A stretch of 63,973 nt of DNA, the filler included, from Rhizaria sp. SCN 62-66 (Eukaryota), in NCBI GenBank assembly GCA_001724265.1. It is 3 parts of 3 records of this genome, joined end to end, with 100 filler letters (N's around TTAATTAATTAA, not from the genome) between each part and the next. Parts side by side here need not be neighbours in the genome. Positions count along the whole stretch, not along the records: positions 1 to 27,601 come from MEDY01000400.1; positions 27,702 to 55,307 come from MEDY01000401.1; 1 more part is not named here. One strand, 5' to 3'. This document shows positions 24,701-37,432 of this stretch, in pieces (positions within the stretch are counted from its first letter, which is position 1; each line of letters begins with the position of its first letter). The notes below the pieces were generated by a model, which was not told the origin of the DNA, ran no database searches, and was given only the letters and a program-made list of their open reading frames with translations. Made by a program: the position numbers and the translations under genes.

Positions 24701-27601
24701 ACCAAGAACTACCGCTGCAACTGCTTAACGGGCTTTTTCGGCGAGCATTGTGAGATCACCCGTGCTATGTACGCCCCTCCGTCGGTCGTGAGGCGCCTCG
24801 AATGCGGCGCCAATGGGGTAATGAATAACGATCTGTCCACCCCGTGTCAGTGCACTGGAAACACGACTGGCGCTTACTGCTCGCCGGTTGTTGCCGGCAC
24901 GATGACAGACGAGGCTGGCTATCCTCTGCTCACGACTACCCGCTTCTTCGCAGGTGCAACCACCGTGCACGGTGTCTCCACGGCCACAGCGGCGGCGCTC
25001 GGTGTCCCAGATAATGCCACGGTCACATTTGTCGCCGGCGGTGCTCTCTCCAAGGAAACCATCGACATGGCTGGTGATATTATTTGTCATGTTCCATCTG
25101 CGCGTTCGTACTTTAACGTGTTGGTTGAGGCCGTCGACGCCAATATTCCCGTGTTCTCCGGCGCCTCTGCTTACCCCGGCCGCCACATGGGCTCGTCGCT
25201 CGTCTTCTCCCCCACATGCAGCTGTCTATTTCTGTACGGCGGCATTTACAGTGACAGCGCAACCACACGCAACTACTACGAGCGCCTTTGGCGCGTGCCT
25301 GCCGCTTCCACACTCTTGAATCTCCCACCTGAGATTCTCACGAGTGCGCCCCGCCGTGAAGTTGTGCGTGCGTCTCCCACTGTGACCAACAACACCAGCA
25401 TTGTCGACGTCGGCACTGACGGTCACCAAATGCGTGTCGGCCAGTACCCGGCGGGGCAGCCCGGCTCGCGCGCGTTCCACAGCGCTGCGCTCGTCTCGTT
25501 CTCAGCCGCAGACGAGTGGGTCTACGTCTTTGGCGGTCTCGTCTCCACCGCGGCCGGCTCGCTCGAGTACCGTGGCGACCTGTGGCGGCACCGCGCCTCG
25601 GCCTCGGGCGCCGTGACGTGGCAGTACGTCGGCTGCTCTCTTAACACGGGGTTTATGTCCGCCAAGACGGTCACGGTTGGCGACACGTTGTCGCTGCTCG
25701 GATTCTGCCCGATGGCGCGCGCGCGCGCGTCGCTTGTTGTCGTCGGGAGCACCAAGCTCGTGCTGAGCGGTGGTGTAGGCCCGAACGGCCCGCTGGACGA
25801 CGTATGGAGCTTTGACATCGTGAACGAAATCTGGACTCTCATCGCAGGCCACAACGGCAAGACAGTTCCCGTGACCACATCCGCGCACATTGTTCCTGAG
25901 TTCAACGGCAATGTCACGGATAACACTATGGGCACGCGCTACGACCACTCTTGCGATGTCCTTCCGAACTCAGCTGTTGTCTACTGCTACGGTGGCTACA
26001 CTGCGCGCGGCGCCTACATCGACTTGTACCGCAGAGCTGTGCCCATCGTACTCTCACGGCCGGCGCATTACCCAACGTTGACAGACGTCGCGCGTATGTT
26101 GTACCCGTTCCACTACGGCGCCGGCACGGCCGCGCGCGTCGCTGTGTTCTACCCCATCGCGGCGCTGCGTGAGGCTGGATACCTCGAAGGGCTGACGGTG
26201 CGCTCGGCGACGTTCTACATGACCCGGCCTGTGGATGACACTTCCAACTTCAAGATTGCGGTGACTGTGGGCTTTACTATTTTGACGGCGGAGCCGACGG
26301 GGAAGCTCACGGACTACGTGATGTCCGGAGGCTCGACTGCTGTGGAGCTATCGGCTTCGAATTTCGTCAACTCGCTCACATCATTTACGACGAGTGGCTT
26401 TGAGGCCTGGTCGTTGGCCAACACCTCTGTCGGTGTGGTGATGTTACTCGAGACAACCGTCATAGCCAACCAAAATGTGGAGGAGTCTCTCGCATATGCC
26501 TCCACGGGATCTGACAACACTGGCGATGAGTTTACTGAATTTGGGACTGAGCGCAAAAAGACAACCCACTTCATTAGCTACGACCGCTCCAAAGTGTGGG
26601 AGTCAAACCTTGTGCCTCAGCTGCGCCTCGGGGTTCTGCCGACCGCATTTGCCCAGGGCCACTCTGCCGCGTCTGACCTCTTTTCCATCGACACACTCTC
26701 CAACCGAATCAAGCTCATCGCCGGCCCGCCCGGGACCGCGGCGCCCTCGCTCGAGGCGCAGCTCCAGTCCTTTGACCACGTTAGTCCAAAGTTAGTAATC
26801 TACAAGGGCGACGTGCGCATCCAGGACCTGGAACTTGGTCACGGCGGCGTCTACTCCGCGTCGCTGACGAACGATGAGGTCGCCGCGCCGTCGACGTACC
26901 GGCGGACGGCTATCACAATCCCACCCGTCGGTGGACACGCGTTTGCGCTCTTACCTGATCTGGGTTTGACCCCTGTAGTCCCACGTTTTATGGTCTACGG
27001 CGGTCGTTGGGGACTTGAGACGCCGTATAACAACTCAGCGACTGAGGTGTATGATAAACTCACGGGCTTCGAAACATTCACGTCCGAATCTAACGCCGGT
27101 GCTCGACCAACGACCGCAACATCCACTGTTGTCAACGCGCGTACGGCTGTCGTCGGTGGTTTCGAAGCTTATAGCGCTCTGGTCATGCCCTTAGTATCAT
27201 ATCCTGAGGTAGCTTCGGCGCGCTTCACGCCGTCGTACACCGAAGTACGGGTTACATTTACGCTTTCGACGCAGCAGCCGCGTCTCACGACGTCGGCGTC
27301 AGCGACTAACTGCGACTACCTGCTTGATGCAAGTAGCATTTTCGGCACCGGTGCAGTGTGTGCGTGGTCTTCGCCTATCATGTTCACCATCACACTCGGT
27401 GCGTCGTTCACCGCTGTGCCCACTACGTCGTCGCTGACTCTGCGCGGCGGCTTAATTCGACGGGACATAACAGCGACTGGAGCGACGTACTTGCCCACCA
27501 GGACTGTCACCATTCTGGATCCTGATACCACACCCGTGACCCCTGTCTCAGTCATCTCAGGGCCCTCTACGATTGGCCCATGTGACGCGCTGACGCTGTG
27601 G
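18756..27601 (+). CDS. Giant secreted/surface Kelch-repeat plus EGF-like protein, 3'-partial (>2880 aa); in-frame TAG at 19305-19307
   Basis: Exons 18756-22101 and 22287-27601 (runs into the gap); intron GTACGC..TAG, phase 1. Hydrophobic signal TLLAVTLLLLSLLVSLAPAEA. Many PGAR..LYGG..DLW Kelch blades. EGF-like CNDNGEC, PCVNGGTC..CNCLTGFFGEHC. The last residues (VISGPSTIGPCDALTL) resemble the start of a PKD/REJ-like region. Confidence 0.78.
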
Positions 27602-27701
27602 NNNNNNNNNNNNNNNNNNNNNNNNNNNNNNNNNNNNNNNNNNNNTTAATTAATTAANNNNNNNNNNNNNNNNNNNNNNNNNNNNNNNNNNNNNNNNNNN
27701 N
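27602..27701. other. Artificial contig spacer (Ns with TTAATTAATTAA)
   Basis: 100-nt N block with a central all-frame stop linker at 27646-27657. Confidence 0.97.
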
Positions 27702-27798
27702 TTGACGATTATTTCACAGAGATTTCTATTGTGGAAGTTACCTGCCGAAAACTGCGTTTTTGGCGTTTTTTAGTTGACGCTACATAGGGGTTACATAC

Positions 27799-30700
27799 CT
27801 GCGGGACAGCCCAGCGCCGCTGTGGTACTGCGCCAGCGCACGCCAAACGCGTACGTCACAGTTGCACCATCCACAAGAGGTTTCAGCTCGGGGCAAACGA
27901 CCGGAACACAGCGCGGTGGCGCCGACACGCCCCAGGTACGGTTCGTGCACGTCACAGTCAGCTCCGGCTGCAGCGGAACATCCATTTCACCAAGCGTAAA
28001 CTCCGTCACTAACGGGTCCCACGTCGGCGCGTGCGTCGGCGAACAGCGGAATGTGGCTGTGGAGCCCGGCACGCGAAGAGGGGACGAGTACACGGTTGCA
28101 CGAGCAAAGGATCGCAGCGCACGGTCACGGCGACGCTATGACATAAGCACGTGCGTCGTCGCCGCAGACCATCGATTCGACCAGGCAACTGAGGCATCGG
28201 GCCGCGTCTGGCGGGCTTGGAAAGCAGCCGCAAAAGCAGCACCTGCCGTAAGGAGATCTTCTGTACCACCCATACTGTTGGTTTCTGTGTCTTGTGTGTA
28301 GGCAGACAGAAGCGCCCCGGGCATCTCTATGCGCGGGCAAGAGCCAATTGGGACGCAGAACGGTTCTGGGCCGCCCCAGAAGCCGCCCGACATGCAGCGC
28401 AGCGTCATCGCCAAGGTCTCCGTTGCGGGTTCGTACCCGGTTGCACAGGAGTACGTCACGGTCGAGGAAAGGTCGCGCGTGGGCGAGGAATAGACCTGCG
28501 TCAGCGAGAGAAAGCGCGCCGGCGATGAGGTGGGACGCCAGGGACACGACTGGATTGCGCACGTCGGCAGCTGGGCGTGCCACCCAGAGGACTCGGTGCA
28601 GATTAGGAGACGTTCACCGGACAGCGCGTAGCCGCTGTTGCATGAAGTCTCGACAGCTACACCGGGGGCAATCGTGAAAGTGGAGGAGATTGTGGTGAGA
28701 GAACCCAGCGAGGGTTTGTCCAGCGTTGTGCAAGAGGGACGCACGCAGCGCCACTGCGGCTGCGACCACTGGCCGGACGCCTGACAGACGCGCATGCCTG
28801 CTGCAAGAGTCGTTGTCCCGTTGTTTGCCGTCGTGACGGTCGAGTAAGCTGACGAACTGATATTGGCTACACCTTCAGGCGTGTACGTCATGAGAAATTT
28901 GTCTGCCGAGGCATCATACGGCATCAGCGAGTAGCCAGTTTCGCACACTGTAAGCATCAAGTCCTGGTACGTCCGCTTCCCCGGCACAACGAGCGCGACC
29001 GTGCCATGGACGACGGGCCCACCGTCTTCGAGGGGATCCGCAGTCAGCGCTGGGTCCGCACAGCTGTTGACAACGCAGGCAAACGCTCCAGACCAGGAGC
29101 CATCGGCGTGACACGCCACCGCGACGGGATCTGGGTGCTGCGCTCGCGTGGCCGGCAGCGGGAGCAGGAACGCGGACGCATATGACGCGCATGTGAGTGT
29201 GGCGACCGTGAGTGCGTCGCGGTAGGGCCGCGAGTACGACACGATGCCGTGGGGCACGACGAGGTCGGGGCACACATACGCGCACGCGAGAGTTGTCTCA
29301 GACCACGTGCCATCGACGCGGCACGTGCGCGTAGCGGGGCCAATCACGCGCAGATCTGCGTTGCACGCGACGGTGACCGTGGAGCCCGGAATGAGTGTCG
29401 CAGCCTCGATCGTGGTCGCGCTGAAGGTCTGGTTCACATGCAGAGGCGTAGTGAAGGTTAGCGAGAGCGCATTGATAGGCAGTGTCAGAGGACTGCACAG
29501 CACAGATGCACACGTAGGCGGAGTGTAAAGAAGATCTGCTGCTGCCGCCACCGCCATCGGACGAGCCGAGGCAACGTACGCACTTGAGTATGCCGCACTG
29601 CCGCTTTTCGAAGAGTCATTCTCTATGGACCAGACTGGCTCAAGAGTTTTCACCGTCACCGTCGCGGCAGCAGCCATCGCGTTGCAGGCAGGAAGTGAGT
29701 CGAACTGGGTTTGCCACTGCTTCACGACCCCACCAGCTGTGTCAGCGTCGTCGACGCCCTTGCTCGCGGCAGCGGCGAATGCGTTGCGAATAATGCGAAT
29801 CATGTTCGTGGGCGTGGTGCTGCCTTTAGAAGAGTTGGACGTCGCAGCCACAAGGAGCGTTGCATTACTTGAAGAGCCCATCTCAATCGAGCTCAAAGAC
29901 TCTGTCTCCGCTGCTGTCGCAGCGTAGATAGGATCCGCGGCCACGACTGACTCAGCGCTCACGACTGACGCAGCAGCCACAGACTTGCTGTCAAGGACGA
30001 GTAAGAACGAGCCGAACGCCCTAACAGAGCCCGCCAGAGCCGCCGCCTCAGTCGCAGCGCGCTCAACCGCGGATGGCAATGCAGAAAGCTCAAGCACAGC
30101 GGGCGGGGTCAGAGCGACGGCGGAATGGTTTGCTGCGACAGCGGCCAGTGCAGCAGTGACAGACTGGCGGCGACGACAACGGTTGCGCGCAGAAGGCATC
30201 AGGCGCTTCTGAGAGGCCCGATAGCTCGAGATCCAGGTTGCCGAGTACAAAGACATCAGATTCTCGTCCAGGACGGGCTCATCACTGCTTTCCAGAGTTG
30301 AGACCGCAGCCAACGCAGCAGCAGCAGTGAGGTAGAGAGTCTCAAGGGCCGAGGCCTCGCTGCCCACAAAATTCGTCGGACACAGCGTCGACAGCAGCGC
30401 CGACTGCCAGCGGCCGTCCTCGTTGCACACGAGGTCCTGGTCGCCAACGACCGTGCGCGCGGCGAGGTTGCAGCTGTACCGCGCGCGGCTGCAGTAGATG
30501 GTCAGCGCGCCGCCGACGGGGGCCTCGACGGTGACACGGCCGCCGGCGAGCGTGGGCAGCGTGCCGCAGTCGCGCACAGCGCACTGGCCGAGGATACCGG
30601 ACCAGAGCCCCGAGGCGAGGCACATGATCTCCTGCTGCACTATCTGCGTCGCCGCGAGGCCGGCCCAGGCGTTGGCACTGAGCGCGGACGTGGCGATGAC

Positions 30701-32134
30701 GGCGTAGCCCGGGTCGCAGGAGAGTCTTCCCAGCGAGCCCTCGCGGTACCAGTAGTCGGTGAACTCGACGTGGCCGTGCGGGGTGATGGCCGTGGCGTTG
30801 AAGGCCGGGCACGAGGTCGACACGCACACGGGCTCGTCGCCGGTCCACCCTGACGTCGTGCACAGCCGCGTGCGCGGTCCCATCAGGCGCGACGTCGTTT
30901 CGTCGCCGCACGAGTAGCGTACCGTCGACCCCAGCGCGGTGCCCGCGGTGGCGGTGAAGGACCCGCCGTCGAGCGGTTGCAGCGCGGGGCACTGCGGCGG
31001 CACGCACAGGATCGCTGCTCCGCTCCACTCCGCCGTGGGGCCGCACGTGCGCGTTGTCGGCGTGGCGGGCACCAGCGGCGACACGCACTCCATCGTCGCC
31101 ACGGTGCCCGGCGTGAAGAGCGGCCGCGAATAGGAGCGCACGACGGCGTTTTTGGGCACAACGAGCGGCGCGCAGATGACTGGCAGACAGTGCTGCGACT
31201 CGCCGGACCACTCGCCAGAAGGCAGGCAAATGCGCGGGGTAAGCGTGCCGCGCGGGAAGTAGCCCTGCGCGCACTGCGCAATGGCGCGCGTGCCGATGGG
31301 GTAGTACTGCGTCAGCGGCGGTGAGTCGTCAACGGTGCTGTTGTCGGCGGCTGGAGACCCGGGGGGAGGAGGCCCGGCGGCCGTGAGTGCAAACAGCGTC
31401 GGATCGGAGAGGGAGATGCGTCCGGCGGCCGCAGTGGGGTACGCCCAGTGGGTGAGATTCGCCGCGGTGACGTCGGGCGCCGTGGCGGGCGAAGGCGCGC
31501 GCATCCACGAGGGCCGCAGCGCGTCACCGGGCACGATGGGCAGGAACACACTGGGGTCCTCCGCGCTTCTATCAAGCGGGATTTTGCCGTTGCTACTGTC
31601 GCTCTGCGTGAACTCGGGGAGCAGTGCAAACAGCAGCGGAGGCTGCTCGTACACGTGGACGCGGTTGGAGAGGCCGAAAGAGGCGCCGCCGGTGATGCGG
31701 CCGCCGCGGCCACCCTTGTGTAGCGCGTCGTCGGTGTCCGGTTCGTCCAGGGAGCGGCAGCGCTGCGGACGGCAGGCCCACAGCGCGGGAGTCCACGCGT
31801 CATCAGTGCCGCAGGTAAGCGTCTGCACGGGCACGGCGCCGTTGGGGAAGACATCGTAGAGCGCGGCGGTGGCGGGGACAAAGCCGGGGAGGCAGGCCAC
31901 TGTGGCCACTGTGCCGGGGGCGCGCGTGGCGGTGCTGTAGTAGACGGTATGGAAAGACGTCGTAGAGACAGCAGGACATAATGCAAAAACACCCGGAGGT
32001 GCGACAAGAGCCAACAGCGTCAGCAAAAATGAGCCCAGCGCCAGCGCAGAGGTTGCAGAAGCTAAGGCGAAGGACCGGGGAGGTGGGCGAGAGCGCTGGT
32101 TGGGAGGCCGGCTCCCCGTGCGAACCCAAGGCAT
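27799..32134 (-). CDS. Secreted/surface Sushi (CCP/SCR) repeat protein, 3'-partial (>1445 aa); in-frame TAG at 28136-28138
   Basis: ATG at 32134, signal-like LALGSFLLTLLALVAPPGVFA. More than ten C..Y.C..G....C...G.WS....C modules, which continue after the TAG (PGSTATFRC..TVTCTNRTWGVSAPPRC). Exon ends at donor GTATGT (27798), then the contig ends. Confidence 0.8.
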
Positions 32135-32817
32135 GGGGAGAGCAATGGCGGGCGCTCCGCGGACAAAAAGGCCTTGTAAAGCCTCTGAGCGTGTTGCAGA
32201 CTTGTGCAATTTGTCAATCAGGATGAACGCCGATGAGTTGTGAACAGGTGTTCAAAGGTGAGGAGGGCCTTCAAGGAGAAGGACGGCCAACTTTAAAAGG
32301 ATTTACCAAAGACAATAAGAAGGATATAGGTGAGCGAGGAACATAATTCGATGGAAAAATGGGTAAACAGTAGTGACAAAAGATAAATTGCGCATTTTAG
32401 TCAAAAGAAGTGCCACAACTTAACTAGCTACATAGGCCGACGAGAGCCCCCAGTACAATGTAGTGTGAAGGGTGTTTGAAGTCTAATAAGTAGTGGATAA
32501 GTTCGTCAGATCAATCTAAGGTGAAGATAAATAAAAATTAATTATTTTATAATTTAATTCTCTTTAATTAAAACAACGCCCGATGGACGTTGTGGCTATT
32601 AATGCCTGCTTTCCGTGCGTCGCAGAAGACTAGCGCTCGTGCATCGACTTGTCAAAACACAGTCCTCAAAAAACGATCACAATTTGCTCAGAACAGCCGA
32701 TATCACACAATTTACAATCATATATCAGAATTATAACCATACCACAAGATACTTGAACGGATCGTACATGCTAAAACAATCATATAATTTTCTCAATGAG
32801 TCCTTGTTCTCTTGCGA

Positions 32818-35800
32818 TCACTGCCAGTGCGCGTTGCGCTCGGCGGCGTAGCGTGAAGCGAAGCGGTAGGGATCATGGGCCGACTCTTCGCTGGTGCGGA
32901 AGCGCGTCGGCCAGCGCGTGTGGCGGATGTGCGAAGTGAAGATAATCGTACCAACCGCAAGCATTAGCACGCGCGGAGGCAGCAAGAGCGCAACGACCAG
33001 CCAGAAGACGCCGATGCGCAGGCCACGCTGCACAGGTTCACGAGCAACAAAGTTACAAAAGGAGTCAAGAGTGAGAAAAATGAGCAAATTATGTTCGACA
33101 AATGATGTTAAAAACAAAGAATATGAAGTCCATAAAAATAAAACGGGAATTGATGCTATTTAACTGAGATATTAGACTCATGTCGCAGGTTGTTTGTAGA
33201 CATCGAACAATCGTTGATAGCCGTCGACTTACCGCTTGCTTGGCCATATCGTGCCTGTTGCCGGGCGCGCGGAAAAGCACCTGCGCAAAGTTCTCCAGCA
33301 GTCCCACGAGCGTGAACAGATCCCGCGCGGCGTCCCTCTGCGGCTTGTATCGGTAGCGCGTGATCTTGAGCGCGTCGACCGCGGTGCCTGGCGCGCGCTC
33401 CTGCAGCACGGCCGACACGGCGGCGTCCAGGTCGAACCGCACCGCCGTGGCCGCTGCCGCCGCCGCCGGATCCGCGCGCACGCCCTCGCCGTAGACCGGG
33501 CCGACGGGGCCCTCAGAGCCCGCGGTGGCGGCTAGCACCTGCACTGCGTCGGCGCCGGCCAGTCCGCCGCCGCCGCTTCCGCCACCCATCACGCGGCGCA
33601 CCGACGAGGCCGCGTCCGCGGCGGCGTCGGCGGCTGCGGCTGCGGCTGCGGCCGTGTTGGCGTCGTTGGTGACCGAAGCGCGGCGCAGCGAGCGCGTCTT
33701 GGCGCCAACGCTGCCGCCAGGGCTGCCTAGAGCGCCCGCGGCGCTCGCGACCGCCGCCGCGGTGGCGCTGCCGATGCCCGAGTCAGGGTCGGCGCTGAGG
33801 TCCGCGTCGGAGTCGCCGGCGTAAGCGACCCACGGAGACCGCTGCTGAGCCCGTTGCTGCCGCTGCTGCTGCTCTTGCTGTTGCTGCTGCTGCTCCAGCT
33901 GTTGTAATTGTTGTACGCGCCGCTGATCTTGAGCCTGAGCCTGAGCCTGGGACTGCGCTGCGTTGTCGACAGGCGCAGGGGAGCGCGCGCGCGGCGGCGG
34001 CAGCGGCAGTGACCGGTGCGCGACCGGGACCGCCGACACGCTGCCGCGGTTGGGCGCATTGTAAGTACCGTCGATGTTGTCGTTGTCGATGTCGGCTTCG
34101 CGGCTGGGCTCCCCCGACTGGCCGCCGTTGAACGACAGACGCCGCGGCACCGCCCCGGCCGCCGCAGCGGCCACAGAGACAGACTGCGAGTAAGGAGACA
34201 CGGGAACCGTGAGCGTTTCGGAGCGCGAGCCGCGGCGCGAAGGCCGCAGGCGCGCGGCCGAGAGCAGCTCCGCGTCCTCGTCGTCATCCATGTACCCGAG
34301 GTCGACGGCGTCGGCGGCCGCGAGCGACATGGAGCGGCTCACAGAGGCGGAGCCGCGGCGGTGGCGCCAGCGCGGCCGCAGCGCGTCCGCGGCGGCGTCG
34401 TTGTTGTTGTCGACGTCGTTGCCGTGCTCGTTGCTGCCGTCGATGTAGTGGCAGTGCTCGTCGCCGTAGTCGTCATCGTCGTCGTTGCCGAAATGCAGGC
34501 CGCCAAACGCATGACCGTCAAAGGCTCCTTCAGTGGCCCCGTTCGCACTGCTGCTGCTGCTGCGGACGTTTTCGGGCTCCGGCGGCGGCGGCAAAGACAA
34601 TTGATCGTGCACCCACGCAGCAGCGCTCCAAAGCGCGCGCTGCGCCCGCTGCAGCAGCGGCTCGGCCGCCATCGCACCGTCCCCAGGAGTATAGTCTGCG
34701 TCTGCGTCTGCGGCCGCGGCCAGCAGCGCGGCTTCCGCGCGCGCGGTGCCGGGGGCCGGCGGCGTGTGGCTGGCGTGGAACTCCTCTTCGGCGGTCGGCT
34801 GATAGGTGCCGATGCCGACGCCGACGGCGCTCATCGCAGTTCTCGAGGGCGCACGCGAGCCCACACTCGCGCTCGCGCCCGGCGGTTTCTAGTCGTCAGA
34901 GTCGGGCGGCACTGTCAGGCTGAGCGACGGCAGCGCAGGGCCGGCGCTGACGCCCGTGCCCGCGCGGGTGCGCAGACCGGAGCCGGGACCCGCGTCGACC
35001 GCGAGGATCGGCAGCTGCTGGAAGCTGTTGGCGCCGCCGTCGCCGGCCGGGGAGGCCCAGTGAGTCGGCGTTTGCAGCTGTAGCTGCCGCGAGTCCTGAT
35101 CCCGCGCGCTGACGACCCTGCTACCGGCGTAGCTGCTCGGCGTGGGGATAACCAGAGAGGATGCGAACTCGCGGCGGTGCGGCGCAAGCAGCGGTGCTTG
35201 CTGTTGCCGCTGAGAGTTGTCGTTGTTGCTGTCACCGCGACCACCGCGGTCGCGGCCGCCAGCAATGGTGAGGACAGCGCCTCTCGTGGACTGTTTCGCG
35301 GCGACTCTGCCATTGACCGCCGCCGCCGCCGAGGCCGCCGCCGCGGCAGCCGCGCGGTCGGCCCGGTGCGCGCGCGCCTTGTGCGTCTCCATGGCGACCC
35401 GCGCCCAGCGCCCGCGCGCGCGACCCAGCGCCGCCGCGTCGGCCGCGAGCGTGGCCACCTTGCGGCGCGCAAGCTTGTGCACAACGCCCTCGAGCAGCCG
35501 CGCGAGCGCGAGCATGCAGTAGAGCAGCGGCGGGATGGCGAGCAGCGCCTCGGCGGGCGTGTAGACGACCGCGAGCACGAAGGCGATGTACAACCACAGA
35601 GAGGCAGTGGGGGACGTGAAGCGGATGACGGAGAGCACCCAGGACCAAGCGTGCGCAAGCTCGATCGCGGCTAGCACGTCCTTGAGGCGCGTGGTGGCCA
35701 CTGCGACGGCGTCGGTGGGCGTGGTGGTGCTGCGGAAGATGAGCAGGTGCAGCTTGCCTGTGGGACGCCGCATCGCGCCCCCGCGCGGCGGACGCAGCAC

Positions 35801-37432
35801 AAACCACTCGTCGTAGAGACGCGACGAGTCGAGGTGCGCTACGGGAATGCGCACGTAGCCAATGCACGCGTGCGCGCCGAAGAGGTCGTAGTCGAACACC
35901 CAGAGCTCCAGCACGTGCGCGCCGACGTTGACGGGGAACTCGAAGTCTTGCCGCCACACGGGCCGTGTCGTGCGGTTCTCCACGCTCGTGGACCGCTGGT
36001 GGCCGTCGAAGCGCACCACGACGTAGGGGTCGCACTGCGCGCGGCCGCGGCCCGAGGCGGAGGCGGGGACCAGCGAGTCAGCCTCGACCACGCGCACGTA
36101 CACGTGGTCGCGCGCCGTCGCCGCGGCCGCGAAGATGCCGGTCGCGGCGCTGCTGCTATTCGTCCCCCCGGCGCCGGGCGCGGGGCCGTTGCCCACAGTC
36201 ACTTTAATCGTGCTCCCAGCGCCAGCGCCAGTCGCTGTCGAGTCACCTGAGAGACTGGCCTGAGCAGCATGCGCCGCCGCTGCCGCGGAGGCCGCGGCTG
36301 CCTCCTCGTCGGCGATGCACCGCGCGCAGCTGACGCCAACCGCGCCCGTGCCCGCGCCGCCGTCGCCGAACTCGTCCAGGAACGAGTCATCGTTGCCGTC
36401 GAGCGAGCCGGAGCCGACGCGGGTGCCGGCGCGGCCGCGCGACTTGGACACGCCGCCGCCGCTTCCGCCGCTGCTGCTGATGCGGGCGTTATAGGGCCGC
36501 GAGCGGTCGCGCAGACAGCGCGCGGAGCCGCAGCAGACGGCGCCGCAGGTCTCGCACACGTAGCGGTTCTCAAACAGCGCGAAGGCGCGCGCGCAGACGG
36601 AGCACTCGCGCTCGCTCCCGCCCACGCCGCCCGCGCCGGCGCCGGTGAGCCCGAGGCCGCCGCTGAGGCCGAGCTGGCCCGCGGCCGCGGCGCCGTCCGC
36701 GCCAGGCAGCGCGGTCGACTGCGAGGGCGCGGAGGCCGAGGCGGCCGCGGCCGAGAGCGGGATGCCCACGGCGCGCTGCTCGGACTTGAGCAGCGCGAGC
36801 TGGCCCAGCCAGCGAGCGCGCTCGCGCGGGGTCGCGGCGCGCAGCACGATGACGCGGCCGGCGGCCTCGATCAGGAACGCGGTGCGCGCGGTGTCGTCCT
36901 CGGCCATGGCGTCGAAGTCGGTCAGCAGCAGCTCGCCCTTGGGCACGGGGTCCGAGGGCGCGCGCTTGTAGCAGAGCTTGAAGGTGCCGTCGGCGATTGA
37001 GACGTAGTAGAAGCGGCGCACCCAGTTGCCCAGCACGACGCCGCGCTTGAGCAGCCAGCCGCAGATAACGGTACCCGGGGCCATGGGCACGAGGTCGTCG
37101 TCCTCGTTGTCGTGCTCGGCAGCTGCGGCGGGCAGGCCGCCGCTGACATGATTGGTGCCATTGTGTCGACTGCTGCAGTTGCCGCTGCCATTGCTGCCGT
37201 CGCCTGGACGGAAAGAGGACGAAGACGGCGCAGCGTAGAGTGTTGACTCGTCATATGACGCGACGCTTTGGATGCCCCGCTGTCCGTTTGTTGCGTGATT
37301 CGACGAGTTTGCTGAGGATGCCGCAGCCGTGTCGTCGCGACTGCCAGTCGAGGAGGGGTGGGGCGAGTGGAGAGCGCTAGACGGAGGGGGAATCGGGCCG
37401 AACGGGGGACCGCCGCGCGCCGAAGAAGACAT
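32818..37432 (-). CDS. PH + FYVE-like zinc finger + C2 + C-terminal transmembrane (MCTP/PRT_C-like) protein, ~1469 aa; in-frame TAG at 34889-34891
   Basis: Exons 37432-33233 and 33027-32818; intron GTAAGT..CAG. PH: GWLLKRG..WVRRFY..ERARWL. FYVE-like: CSVC..RYVCETCGAVCCGSARC..SCARC. C2: VRVVEA..DPYVVV..PVWRQDFEF..LELWVFDYD. Hydrophobic hairpins on both sides of the TAG. Ends TGA. Confidence 0.8.

Noticed and set aside
27646-27657. TTAATTAATTAA inside N runs (also 55352-55363) as a biological motif
   Set aside because: It is an identical all-frame-stop linker centred in 100-nt N blocks, so an assembly concatenation artefact. Gene adjacency across these gaps is not meaningful.
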